64,000 nucleotides of DNA. Origin: Eledone cirrhosa. Taxonomy: Eukaryota. Positions 39,700-51,924 of the stretch are shown here, in pieces. The DNA is taken from the NCBI GenBank assembly GCA_964016885.1, contig OZ024740.1, forward strand, positions 289,540,001 to 289,604,000, in the 5' to 3' direction. The notes under the pieces were generated by a model. It saw nothing but the letters and a program-made list of their open reading frames with translations. It had not been told where the DNA came from and searched no databases. Position 1 is the stretch's first letter. Every line of letters begins with the position of its first letter. Made by a program: the position numbers and the translations under genes.

Positions 39700-39882
39700 A
39701 TAATATAGAAATGTCTTCTACACGACTAGAATTGTTTCATTCGAAGGAAATCATCACTTCTTTCCTGACGATTTCTTTCGAACGAAACAGTCCTAGTCCC
39801 GGAGAAATTATATTTGATGTTTACACGCAAATAAAGTATTGAATACCTTATTTACTGTGGTTACGCCCGATTGAACCTGGGA

Positions 39883-39890
<8 letters not shown>
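39700..39890 (+). mobile_element. Small fold-back element with hammerhead motif
   Basis: Arms 39716-39755 / 39766-39806; CTGACGA(39765)-tttctttcgaac-GAAA-cagtcctag-TC. Confidence 0.6.
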
Positions 39891-40548
<658 letters not shown>

Positions 40549-40628
40549 AAAAATTGAACGGGAACAAAACAGAGAGGCAGTACGAACAAAGGTTTATTAG
40601 TTTCACGCTCTTGAGAGTGGGGTGGTGG

Positions 40629-40694
<66 letters not shown>

Positions 40695-40697
<3 letters not shown>

Positions 40698-41026
40698 GAC
40701 TCAAATATGACCAGAAAGTGCTGTCACGTATCGCCGAGCCGGGTTTCTAAATGTATGTTGGTGTTGGTAATACCGGGTCTTAAAACCACAGGCGGTTAAT
40801 CCGATGTAGGCCTTGTTGGAGTTTTCCGTCCTCAAGTTGCACTGGGAGACCCCGTTTTTCTCTCAGCATCTATTGTTGAGGGGACACGATGGTCTATCGG
40901 GACAGTTACACCTCGTAGCTTGCTCGCCACTAATATCATTTTTGTTTCTTCTGTTAAAGAGGAGTTTTTTGTTATTAGATGAAGCGATGATTTGTGCAAA
41001 GTTGGGTGTAGTTCTGTAGGAAAGTT
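40695..41026 (-). pseudogene. PLE (Nematis-like) linker + GIY-YIG fragment
   Basis: [52 protein letters not shown]; (TA)n on both sides. Confidence 0.85.
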
Positions 41027-41047
41027 TATATATATATATATATATAT

Positions 41048-41222
41048 GACAAAGAAGATGTGGTAAGATACCAGATGGACCATAACGCATCAGAGTACTC
41101 GATACTTAGGGTAGCAGAGTGAGTAATAGGAAAAGAGTCAGGACCCCGATGGCTGAGCTCCGGCCGTTTCGACAGCTAGATCCGAACTGGCCGGAGCTTA
41201 GCCGTCGGGGTCCTAACTCTTT

Positions 41223-41226
<4 letters not shown>
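41048..41226 (-). mobile_element. Fold-back mini-element of the 17141 family
   Basis: ggaaaagagtcaggaccccga..tcggggtcctaactctttcc; tail similar to 17255-17320. Confidence 0.75.
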
Positions 41227-41301
<75 letters not shown>

Positions 41302-41538
41302 TAACAGATTAAAGTTTAAGCAAAGAATCGGTGCTTTCACACTTAACGGGATCTTCTGAAACTAAAAAAAAATCAATCTGTGAACGCAGAAGTAAATATT
41401 TCAAAAAACGTTGCAACCGGTTGCAACGTTTTTCGAAATATTTTCTTCTGCGTTCACAGATTGATTTTTTTATTTATGCTAATTGGGAGTGGAAATGGTA
41501 TATATTTTATCTGGTGATTCTATAGACATGTTTTATGA

Positions 41539-41584
<46 letters not shown>

Positions 41585-41864
41585 AGTGTGTGTGTTTGTT
41601 TGCAAATGTGTGCATGTGTACGCAGTGATATATATATATATATATTTTATTTGGTGATCAGCCTCTCAACTGTTATTTCTCCTTTCCTTGGACTATATTT
41701 AATTAGTATACTCAAATAGCCGTTAGTGGCGAAGAGATACAGTAAGAATCGAAACTGAATTAACTAACCACTCACTAAATATATAATGCAACAGTCACAA
41801 TTTCTTGTAGTACTGAGGACTTTTTGAGTTTGAAAGCCTTGCTCTTACGAATAGATAATATATA

Positions 41865-41915
<51 letters not shown>

Positions 41916-41944
41916 TATGTATATGTATATATATATATTGTCAA

Positions 41945-42397
41945 AGGGAAAAGAAGCTCTTAAGAGTTAATGGCCATCCAAATTCACCGGGAGAGATGAC
42001 CCCTTAGCCTTTGTCAAGGCAGAATTCTAGGAGAAGGAAAACTCTGATATAACACCTGCAACCCTGATGGTATCTAATGATGTTGACTTGTTCTTCTTTT
42101 TGGTAAATATCATCTTGGTTAAGAGAGTGGGACTGGCTTTGTGCAGTGCCTTTGCTCACTATAAAAGCTTCACGGCACAGGCATTGCTTTGTATCTGGAA
42201 ATCTCTCTGCACTTGTCGTCACATGGTACCATGGGCCCAGCACTCTGTCAATGATTGTCACAGGTGTAGTGTTTGTACCAGAGATTTCAAGTCGCTGGCT
42301 GGACTAAAAAGTCACACTTGTTCAGCGCATCGGTAGGGGTTCTCCTACATGGATATAAAGTAGTGGCCGTACTCGAAAACGAGTTGGCAGCCACAAA
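41945..42397 (+). mobile_element. Non-autonomous RTE derivative, 5'-truncated
   Basis: Reverse complement of 22433-22890; ends in (TA)n. Confidence 0.85.
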
Positions 42398-42421
42398 TAT
42401 ATATATATATGTATGTATATA

Positions 42422-42558
<137 letters not shown>

Positions 42559-42567
42559 ATATATATA

Positions 42568-42640
42568 TTATTGACATTGCGGAATATATGTTGGTTTGTG
42601 AGACGTTTCTGTGCCTCTGTGTGTGTGTATGTATATACAT

Positions 42641-42680
<40 letters not shown>

Positions 42681-42896
42681 CTACACATATGAGTGTGTGT
42701 ACATAGAATTCATACATACACACACGCACACACACATATATATATATGTATATATATATGAATACGTATGTAAGTATATATATCTACTTTCACTTCCTTT
42801 TACTGATTCCTGTCAGCAGTTTCAGTGTGTCATTGTACATATATATCTATATATGTTATATATATATCTACCTGCTTATATCTATGGATGGACACA

Positions 42897-42971
<75 letters not shown>

Positions 42972-43745
42972 ACGCACACGCACACTCACACACACATACA
43001 CACATATACACACACAGATATACACAGACACACACCAACACGCACACACACACACACACATATACACGCACACACAGACACACACACACACAGATACACA
43101 CATACACATACACCCACCCACACACACCCGCACAGATACACACACACAGACAAACACAGACCCCCACACACACAGATACACACACACACACACACACATA
43201 CACCGACACCCACCCACACCCACCCACACAGATACACACACACGCACAGACATACACAGACCCCACACACACAGATACACACACTGTCACACACAGACAC
43301 ACACAGACACACACAGACACACACACAGATACACACACACATACACACACACACACACCACAGACACAAACCTCTCACAAACCAACATATATTCCGCAAT
43401 GTCAATAAAATCTTCCCTGTAGATATATAATAAAGTAATTAGTTTATCATTCTTCATCGCTGTTTACATTACCAATTTATCTTTCCTGTGTGTTCTTACC
43501 ATTGTTCAGTCTTAGAGAAACTGATATTAATATTGAAGAAAAATGGTGTTATCTTATTAACCATTTCTCTTTAGGCTGGAATCTCTCTGAAACAGTTGAT
43601 GTTTTTCTTTGTTGGAATTATGTATACTCAACTGAAATAGTTCAAACACATACACTTTAGTTTGAGGCTTGCAATAAGTTATTATCGTTTCTAACTTTGT
43701 GACATGGCCATACATATTGGTGCTGAACTGTAGTCAATTTAATTG

Positions 43746-43750
<5 letters not shown>
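42568..43750. mobile_element. (TA)n-flanked element with short inverted arms around CA-rich simple repeats, probably PLE-derived
   Basis: 42568-42615 is the reverse complement of 43362-43408. Confidence 0.45.
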
Positions 43751-43793
<43 letters not shown>

Positions 43794-43797
<4 letters not shown>

Positions 43798-44205
43798 TAA
43801 ATGAAGTAACAGGAGGCTGGACTGGTGTAAATCCTTGAAAGGTTTATTATACCATGATCATTTCAATGACCGGGTTCCATATGAATCCGGTTTCCCGGAC
43901 CCATAGTTTTTCGGATCCATGGCTTTTTACATATTCCTTTGTTATATTCCAATACCTGATGATATCACCGGATTCATATGGAACCCGGTCATTGAAATGA
44001 TCATAGTATAATAAACCTTTCAAGGATTTACACCAGTCCAGCCTCCTGTTATTTCATTTATAATTAACTCCGTATTCGCACCACTAACTACACAAACGAA
44101 GATGGGTGAACTGCACTGCGTTGAGTACTCTTCACAATATTACACCAGGATTGACCATACGGAATGACCAGTTCTATCCAGTGGTGAACCAACAAACCTT
44201 AAGAT
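43794..44205 (+). mobile_element. Mini-PLE derivative with inverted arm and intact hammerhead
   Basis: Arms 43796-43890 / 43967-44062; HHR 43952-44009 atac-CTGATGA..accgg..ccggt..GAAA-tgatca-TA-gtat with palindromic stem III. Confidence 0.88.
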
Positions 44206-44301
44206 ATATATATAGTATATATAGTTGTTAGAAATTGTAGCAAAAATCACCCTCAAAATATATCCTAACATCATCTGTGACCGAGACAGAGAAAGAGCGA
44301 G

Positions 44302-44340
<39 letters not shown>

Positions 44341-44363
44341 AAGAGAGAGAGAGAGAGAGAGTC

Positions 44364-44511
<148 letters not shown>

Positions 44512-44712
44512 CATTACATTGTGCGGTACTGTATGCACCTTGTTTGGCAGAAAAGTGGGATGGTCACGGATGAGACGCTGTTGATCCTAGGCCTGCTCGC
44601 TCAAGTTTGATCAGGTCGTTAAATAACAACAATAACTAATTATGTAAGGAACGAAGCCAAAGTCGCTCAACATTCTACTATTTTATTAGAACATATTGGA
44701 TAATCACAGGAT

Positions 44713-44813
44713 AGAAGAAGAAGAAGAAGAAGAAGAAGAAGAAGAAGAAGAAGAAGAAGAAGAAGAAGAAGAAGAAGAAGAAGAAGAAGAAGAAGAAGAA
44801 GAAGAAGAAGAAG

Positions 44814-44843
<30 letters not shown>
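44713..44843. repeat. (GAA)n microsatellite
   Basis: Directly visible. Confidence 0.98.
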
Positions 44844-44844
<1 letters not shown>

Positions 44845-45592
44845 TCATTACCAGTTGCCACCTTCACAAAGTAAACAGGAAGACAAAACACTTTTAGACC
44901 GTGATTTTGACCACTTCTTTCCATTTGACACCTTCGAACAAAGCAACAAGAAAGTCTGAAACACCTTTAACCTGAATCATTGTATTCCCCCAACATCTAC
45001 AGCTTCTTGTACCACCACTGTCACATTTCTAGAATCTGGAAGAGACACAATTATACCATTTCTGAAACATCTCCTTCTCTTAAGCACTCTGTCAAACTTT
45101 CTATAAACGTTAATCCTTCACCTTGCTAAACCCCAAATACTTCACTCAAAATCAAAACTCGGATTCAAACAACTACGTCCAACCACTTACACCACTCACA
45201 TACCTAACACAGACAATCGTGATGGCTTCAATAAGAAAAATACTCCCCCGTGTACCATTCTAGTTATCATTGACATCAGCAAATTTTTCTAATCGATTTC
45301 CTGCTACTTATACTAATGACCGTAAGAAACAACACAAACATTGATAAGAAATCTACCTGTCATATTACAAGCCTTATGTAGTGTATATAAACAACAAGCA
45401 CCGTTTACAATTTCTCGTACGGAATACGACTGGGAACTGTCTAATGTGCTCTTCTCAACCTTCCTACACCTCCACAACATATACAGCCTCATGGGTATAT
45501 CACATCACCTTTATATTCTTCCACTGTTCTCGGGGTTTCATCAAACAGCTAAAAACCTAATTCCAAAATACAGACATTATAGTTATATCAAA

Positions 45593-45779
45593 AGGGCGGT
45601 GGATTGGCAGTATCGGTAGAGGGTCGGACGCCATGCTTTCCAGCATAGTTACGTCCCTTTACGATCTGAGTTCAAATCCCGCCGAGGTTGACTTTACCTT
45701 TCATCCTTACGGGGTCGATAAAAATAAAGTACCAGTAATGCACTGGGTAATTGCTGGCCTTGTGCCTAAAGTAGAAACA
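45593..45779 (+). mobile_element. Full-length tRNA-derived SINE
   Basis: A/B boxes; TSD attatagttatatcaaa at 45576-45592 and 45780-45796. Confidence 0.95.
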
Positions 45780-45915
45780 ATTATAGTTATATCAAATGAA
45801 TCCCTTCTTACCAGCAACACTGAAAATTTAAAATACAACAAACAATCACGCACACATGAATACGCATACCATATGCGCAGAAAAATACTAAGAACTACAT
45901 ACAGATCCTCTATAA

Positions 45916-46251
45916 CCGAGGGTCTCAAAGTGGGTACTACCCCCCCCCCCCCCCTCCCGGGGGTGTCGAGAAGGTCCAGGGAGCGCCGGGGATTAAGGGA
46001 ACGGCGAGGGTACGTAAAGAAGATATAATAGTATAATAAATATTAAGTGATACATATTATATATAAATATAATAAAATAAAAAATATATAATATCTATTT
46101 ATACATAGTATATATTATATTATTTATTATATATGAATTACAATTTGAGTGTAGGGAGGTCTCTCTGGAAATAGGGGTGGGGGCGCTTGGTGTATTACGT
46201 GGCCATGAGGTGGGGGAGGGTGTGGTGGCCCCACAAATTTGAGAACTTTTG
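45916..46251. mobile_element. hAT (Charlie-like) MITE
   Basis: 8-bp TSD ctctataa at 45908-45915 and 46252-46259; imperfect TIRs ccgagggtctcaaagtggg / ccacaaatttgagaacttttg. Confidence 0.75.
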
Positions 46252-46968
46252 CTCTATAAGATTCATTACACACAGATGAAAGTAAATAAAGCAAATGACT
46301 AATAAACATACTTAGAATAACCAGAGGTACTAAATAGAAAGAAACAGCAATTATGTGAAAACAATAAATTTAATCCAATATGGACGATGACAGGGCTCTC
46401 AATCTTTCTACTACAAATCATTAAACTACAAGTTACACAAACAACTAATCATCATGACAGGCTGTACATAGATTATACCAACATTCAACAAAACAAAAAT
46501 ATTCTAGTTAAAAGACTACTTATACATGCGAGAGGTATAGTATATTTCCTCGACATTCTTCAGCCTCAAGACTCCTTGCTATTACATTGAAATCCCATCT
46601 TTGAGCACTCTAAAATTCCTATCACTACCATCAATCCCAGACAAACATAAACGCACACACACACAGCTGTTACGTGAATAACTATACTAACCGAAAACAA
46701 TGTGATTTAAGAAACATCAGTAACAATAAGTTAAGAGGAACAGCAATTTGTAGCCATTATCATAATCTACGGTTGCATAAAAAATGGACTAGATAGAGGG
46801 GGTGTATATTCAAAATATCACCTGCAAGTCGCATTATGCTGCTTGGTCCTTCGCTAGGCAGAGCCATGGAGGATCTTGGGAGACGGATTTGTGGGTCGTA
46901 AGAGGAGATAGAAGGAAAATGGAAGAGAGAGAGAGAGGGAGAGAGAGAGTGTGTGTGTGAGAGGGAGA

Positions 46969-47030
<62 letters not shown>

Positions 47031-47387
47031 TAGTGGTGTTGTTGAATGAAATTACAGCCAGTGACTTCAAAGAAATGAATAGATCATTACTGTATCCTGA
47101 TAAATAGGAAGGGTTTCTAAGTGTGTTTGTATATGTGTGTGTGGGTGTGAATATATATATGAACGGCTAAGTGTTGAACAAACGAGCAACGATGGTTGCT
47201 AGGCACTACGGCTTAATACGGGATGTTTGTTTACAAACACATCGAGCATTATAATAAATGTTCGGTGAATCCATACGCACATATATATATATATGTGTGC
47301 ATGTATGTGTATATATATATATATATACACACTACTGTACGTCTGTATACATATATGTAGGTACGTATACATACTTATATATATATA

Positions 47388-47590
47388 TGGTGGCTGCCAA
47401 CTCGTTTTCAAGTACGGCCACTACTTTATATCCATGTAGGAGAACCCCTACCGATGCGCTGAGTGAGTGTGACTTTTTAGTCCAGCCAGCGACTTGAACA
47501 CTCTGGTACAAACACTACACTTGTGACAATTATTGACACATAGTGCTGGGCCCATGGTACCATGTGACGACAAGTGCAGAGAGATCTCCA
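47388..47590 (-). mobile_element. 3' part of a non-autonomous RTE derivative
   Basis: Near-identical to 22433-22635. Confidence 0.85.
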
Positions 47591-47605
47591 TATATATATA
47601 TATAT

Positions 47606-49213
47606 AGAAAGGATGAATATAAAATGAAAGTGCTTTTGTTAAAAAAGGAATTTATTAGGTATTGACATATGTTTCTGTAACAGACCGAATACCTATGTAT
47701 CGCTGCTTGCGTAATCATATAATGTTAGCAAGTATTCGATAGCAAATGTATAATCAGTTGTCACTTCTTCAGAGATTTTGGATAAACTGGATAAAATCAG
47801 AAAAATTGAAGTATTTATATTAGTAAAAGAGGAAGGAACAGAGGGGATAGAATATGACAGATGGTAAAATAATTTACTGCTAAACAAGTATATAATGGGT
47901 TTTTAATGAGAATACCATGAGTAAATCTAAATAAGAATTTTGGGAGTGCCGATTTTAATCTCTACTTGACCAACTGGACAGTGGACAAGGCTGGTCATTT
48001 GGTGCAGTAGTATTAATCATAAAGTGTCAATTGGGGAAGGGGGAGATTTCGATTGCTACTAAATAACATCAATGCTAGTAGTCAGCTGGTATTTGCACTA
48101 GGGAATTGAATCAAAAAATCAGAAATCTCATTTTATCTATAGCAGTTTGTATTAAAAGGTAAATAATAGAAGAGTTGATAGAATTAAGACTAATAAAGAA
48201 TGTTCATATCTATTTTGACAATCAAACGGGGATAGAGACAGGCGTTCAATCCTGGTAGTATTTATAATATGAAAATGTAGATTTTAAGCGATGGTTACAG
48301 TATAACGATCGCTATATTCTGTTATTTAATAAAATGTTTTTGGATTTCATAATACAAAATAATTCTACATTACATAATTTACAAAATTCCTGTCCATTGG
48401 AATATGGGGGGGGGGGGGGGGGGGGGGGCAGTCGCTATTATATCCCATTTTAGGTGAAATTGTTGGTTATTTTCACGCAGCTGCCAAGCCTTGTCTGCGA
48501 GTGTTGTTACATAACGCTGGTTTTCATGTTTTATCGAATAACGATGTCTATAAAGGCGTGATTTAAAGGAGGTGGCTGTAGATCCCACATAGTACCACTT
48601 CTGTCTATCCGATTCGATAGTACATTTGTATACGATGTTGCGTTCAAGACACTGATTGTTCAACGGACACATTCCTGGTTGGACACAGTTGCAATTACAA
48701 TTTTGTGTTGTTGTATTGCCATGGATGGGTTGATGAGGTTGCTTATGTAGGACAGGATGTTGTTTGTTGTTTTGTGATGTTATAGCTAATGTTTTACGTG
48801 TATTGTTATGTGTTGGAAGGCGTTTATACAACCGTTTTGCGTTAAGCATTTTTATATGTTGTTCAATATTAGGGGCGGTTGAATATGAAAGTCGGATGGT
48901 GTTAGGGTTTAAGATTTTATTATATTTATGTGATGTTGGAAAGTGTTTTCTAACTAATCGAAAGAATTTTGAGGGTAGATTGGTTTTAATAGATTTGTTA
49001 TAGACCGGGTTGTACCAGATATACTCCTTACATCGCCTTCTGTTTGGTGGTGTGCGACTATTATTGTGTCTATTGCGGTAGTGTATGTATGGTGGTGATT
49101 CTGTGCTATTTCCACTCCTATGTGATTTATTTTGGGTGTTTTGGTGATCATTGACTATATACTCTATATTATCTAGGTGACCGGCTTTCCTAAGTGCATC
49201 ATCATAATACTCC
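47606..49213 (-). mobile_element. 5'-truncated PLE (Nematis-like) with GIY-YIG domain
   Basis: IWYNPVYNKSIKTN, IRLSYSTAPNI, CNCVQPGMCPLNNQC, IVYKC..YYVGSTATSFKSRLYRH; (TA)n on both sides. Confidence 0.9.
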
Positions 49214-49394
49214 ATATATATATATATATATATGGAGATCTCTCTGCACTTGTCGTCACATGGTACCATGGGCCCAGCACTATGTGTCAATAATATATAT
49301 ATGAGTGTGTGTATATGTATATGTGTGTGTGTGTATGTGTATATGTGCGCGTGTGTGTATGTGTATATATGTGTTTGTGTGTCTGTGACCAGTG

Positions 49395-49425
<31 letters not shown>

Positions 49426-49486
49426 ACAAAATTCAAAGGGGTATATATATATATAATTAGACATAGTCACAGATACATATATGAGT

Positions 49487-50017
49487 TTGGCAACCTTTCA
49501 CCGTGTGGCTCAATGAAGAATTAATTAAGCAAATAATCATTAATCAAAGCTATATATAAAATTTCATTAGATAAAATATATACTGTATTTCCTCTGCAAG
49601 CCTCGTGGATATATACAAGATCGGGTATATCCAAAAAGTGGAACGAAACCGCCAGTGGTCGGGGACTAGAGGAATTTTGGTAAAGTTTATGTGCATTTTT
49701 TTCTTCAAACTTCTATTTTGTACCTAATTCCGTGTAGTTAACTATTTGTCTAATCAATTTCTACAGGCTAAAAGAAACAATTAGATAAATGTCATATGGC
49801 TGTACATCGCGGAAGATAATCTGTATCATTTGTCTATTATTTTTTATTTCTTCATAATTACATTTTAAACTTATAGCCTCGTTTAAATGATTTTTTATGT
49901 GATTGATTTATACTGATTAGGAGAGGAAATACTACAGTATATAATTTATATATAATTTGTATATAATTTATCTAATAGTTCTTCAGACTTGCAATTTTAA
50001 ATGTATGTATATAAATA

Positions 50018-50020
<3 letters not shown>
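49487..50020 (+). repeat. Unclassified dispersed repeat (family of 2630-3240)
   Basis: Similarity to 2640-2980 (reverse) and 3275-3315. Confidence 0.65.
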
Positions 50021-50059
<39 letters not shown>

Positions 50060-50315
50060 ATAATAATACTATTTATAGTTATGTATATAGTATAAACAAC
50101 TATAATCAGGAAGTCAGTAATTTCGTACTCCCTTGAACAATAATGTATATTATTACTCGGGTGATATATCTAGTTAAACATATAAACAGGTATTTCCCAT
50201 AACATATATCTTGTCCAGTAATGAATGGATAACAATCTTAAGGGACCTTTAATGTATTATAATAAAACACACTGTATTTAAAATCAAGTATAAATGTGTA
50301 GCATTATGTAATAGA

Positions 50316-50500
50316 GGGCGGTGGATTGGCAGTATCGGTAGAGGGTCGGACGCCATGCTTTCCAGCATAGTTACGTCCTTTTACGATCTGAGTTCAAATC
50401 CCGCCGAGGTTGACTTTGCCTTTCATCCTTACGGGGTCGATAAAATAAAGTACCAGTAATGCACTGGGTAATTGCTAGCCTTGTGCCTAAAGTAGAAACA
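50316..50500 (+). mobile_element. Full-length tRNA-derived SINE
   Basis: TSD attatgtaatagag at 50303-50316 and 50501-50514. Confidence 0.95.
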
Positions 50501-51224
50501 ATTATGTAATAGAGATTCTATTGTATCACATTATAATGTGTATTAGAGCAAAGATTTTGAATAACTGAATTTAATTAGCTAGTTACCTCCCCTTATGCAT
50601 TAGCTCCCCTACTCACTTCCGGATATTTTAACCGTTAAAAAAACTACCTGTTGAGCTAATGTAGTCCATGTATATGAATACAATAAGGCTAATTTACAAT
50701 CCATTGCTTTAACTAACTTAAACATTCAATATAAACATTAACTAAAATATAATTCAACATATGTAATGGAAGAGACTGCAGTAACTTCATTCTCCTCAAC
50801 ACACAAATTCAGACACTATCAACAAACTACGTCCACCTTAGATTTTAATACACTACATTTTTGCATAAAATACATTATGTATTTATCTACATATGCATAA
50901 GTTTGCTTATTTCCTTCTCATATATATGTCTAACACATGTGCACTTTCTACACACCTGCATATGTATTGCTAATGAACTCTTTCTTTCTCAAAGCTCCTT
51001 TATCAATGCCTCTTTAATTATTGGACTATTCTCTTGTATTATCTGTTGCATGTATTCCACTCTGTGCTTTTAATTTGAATTTGAATTTTTGTACAATTCT
51101 CGTAAAATATATGTCACATCCATTCCACCCTGTAAATACGAAACTGTTGCTCACAACATCAATATATATGTATCTATATTATTGTTCAGCTGAATAGGAG
51201 GTTAATTACATGTACAAACATTTA

Positions 51225-51278
51225 TAATGCTCCGATGACTCCAAATGAGAGTTTGGAAGAAACGATTGTCAGCTATTA
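51225..51278 (+). ncRNA. Type I hammerhead ribozyme with CCGAUGA core, near the end of an old PLE remnant (~50070-51310)
   Basis: taatgct-CCGATGA-c-tccaaa tgagag tttgga-a-GAAA-c gatt g-TC-agctatta. Confidence 0.72.
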
Positions 51279-51306
51279 AATGATTTGAACACGACTTTGG
51301 TAATTG

Positions 51307-51359
<53 letters not shown>

Positions 51360-51489
51360 TAACAGATTAAATTTTAAGCAAAGAATCGCTGCTTTCTGGT
51401 TATTTTAATAAATATTTGCTCTACGGTTCTTATATATATTTATCCTTATCGAGCCCTCTTTGGATTTTAGTCTTCAAATTTATTATTAT

Positions 51490-51738
<249 letters not shown>

Positions 51739-51924
51739 ATATATACCACACACACACACACATATATATATATATGGGCCTTCCAATTGACCCATGTAAT
51801 GAAACAAGTTTCGCGTAAATTTGTGCACGGGTTCCCGAGATACGAGGTTTTCCGGGTAGCTTCATAAATAGAGAGAGAGAGAGAGCGAGAGAGAGAGAGA
51901 GAAGGATAGAGAGAAAGAGATAGT

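Larger units (their letters stand above)
44860..46660 (+). mobile_element. Highly decayed LINE RT remnant interrupted by a SINE and a MITE
   Basis: DGFNKKNTPPCTILVIIDISK-like RT motif near 45220-45290. Confidence 0.45.

Noticed and set aside
40860-40870. In-frame TGA after the Cys-rich PLE linker as possible selenocysteine
   Set aside because: The TGA aligns with a non-Cys position (L in the 48379 copy) and the fragment has other lesions
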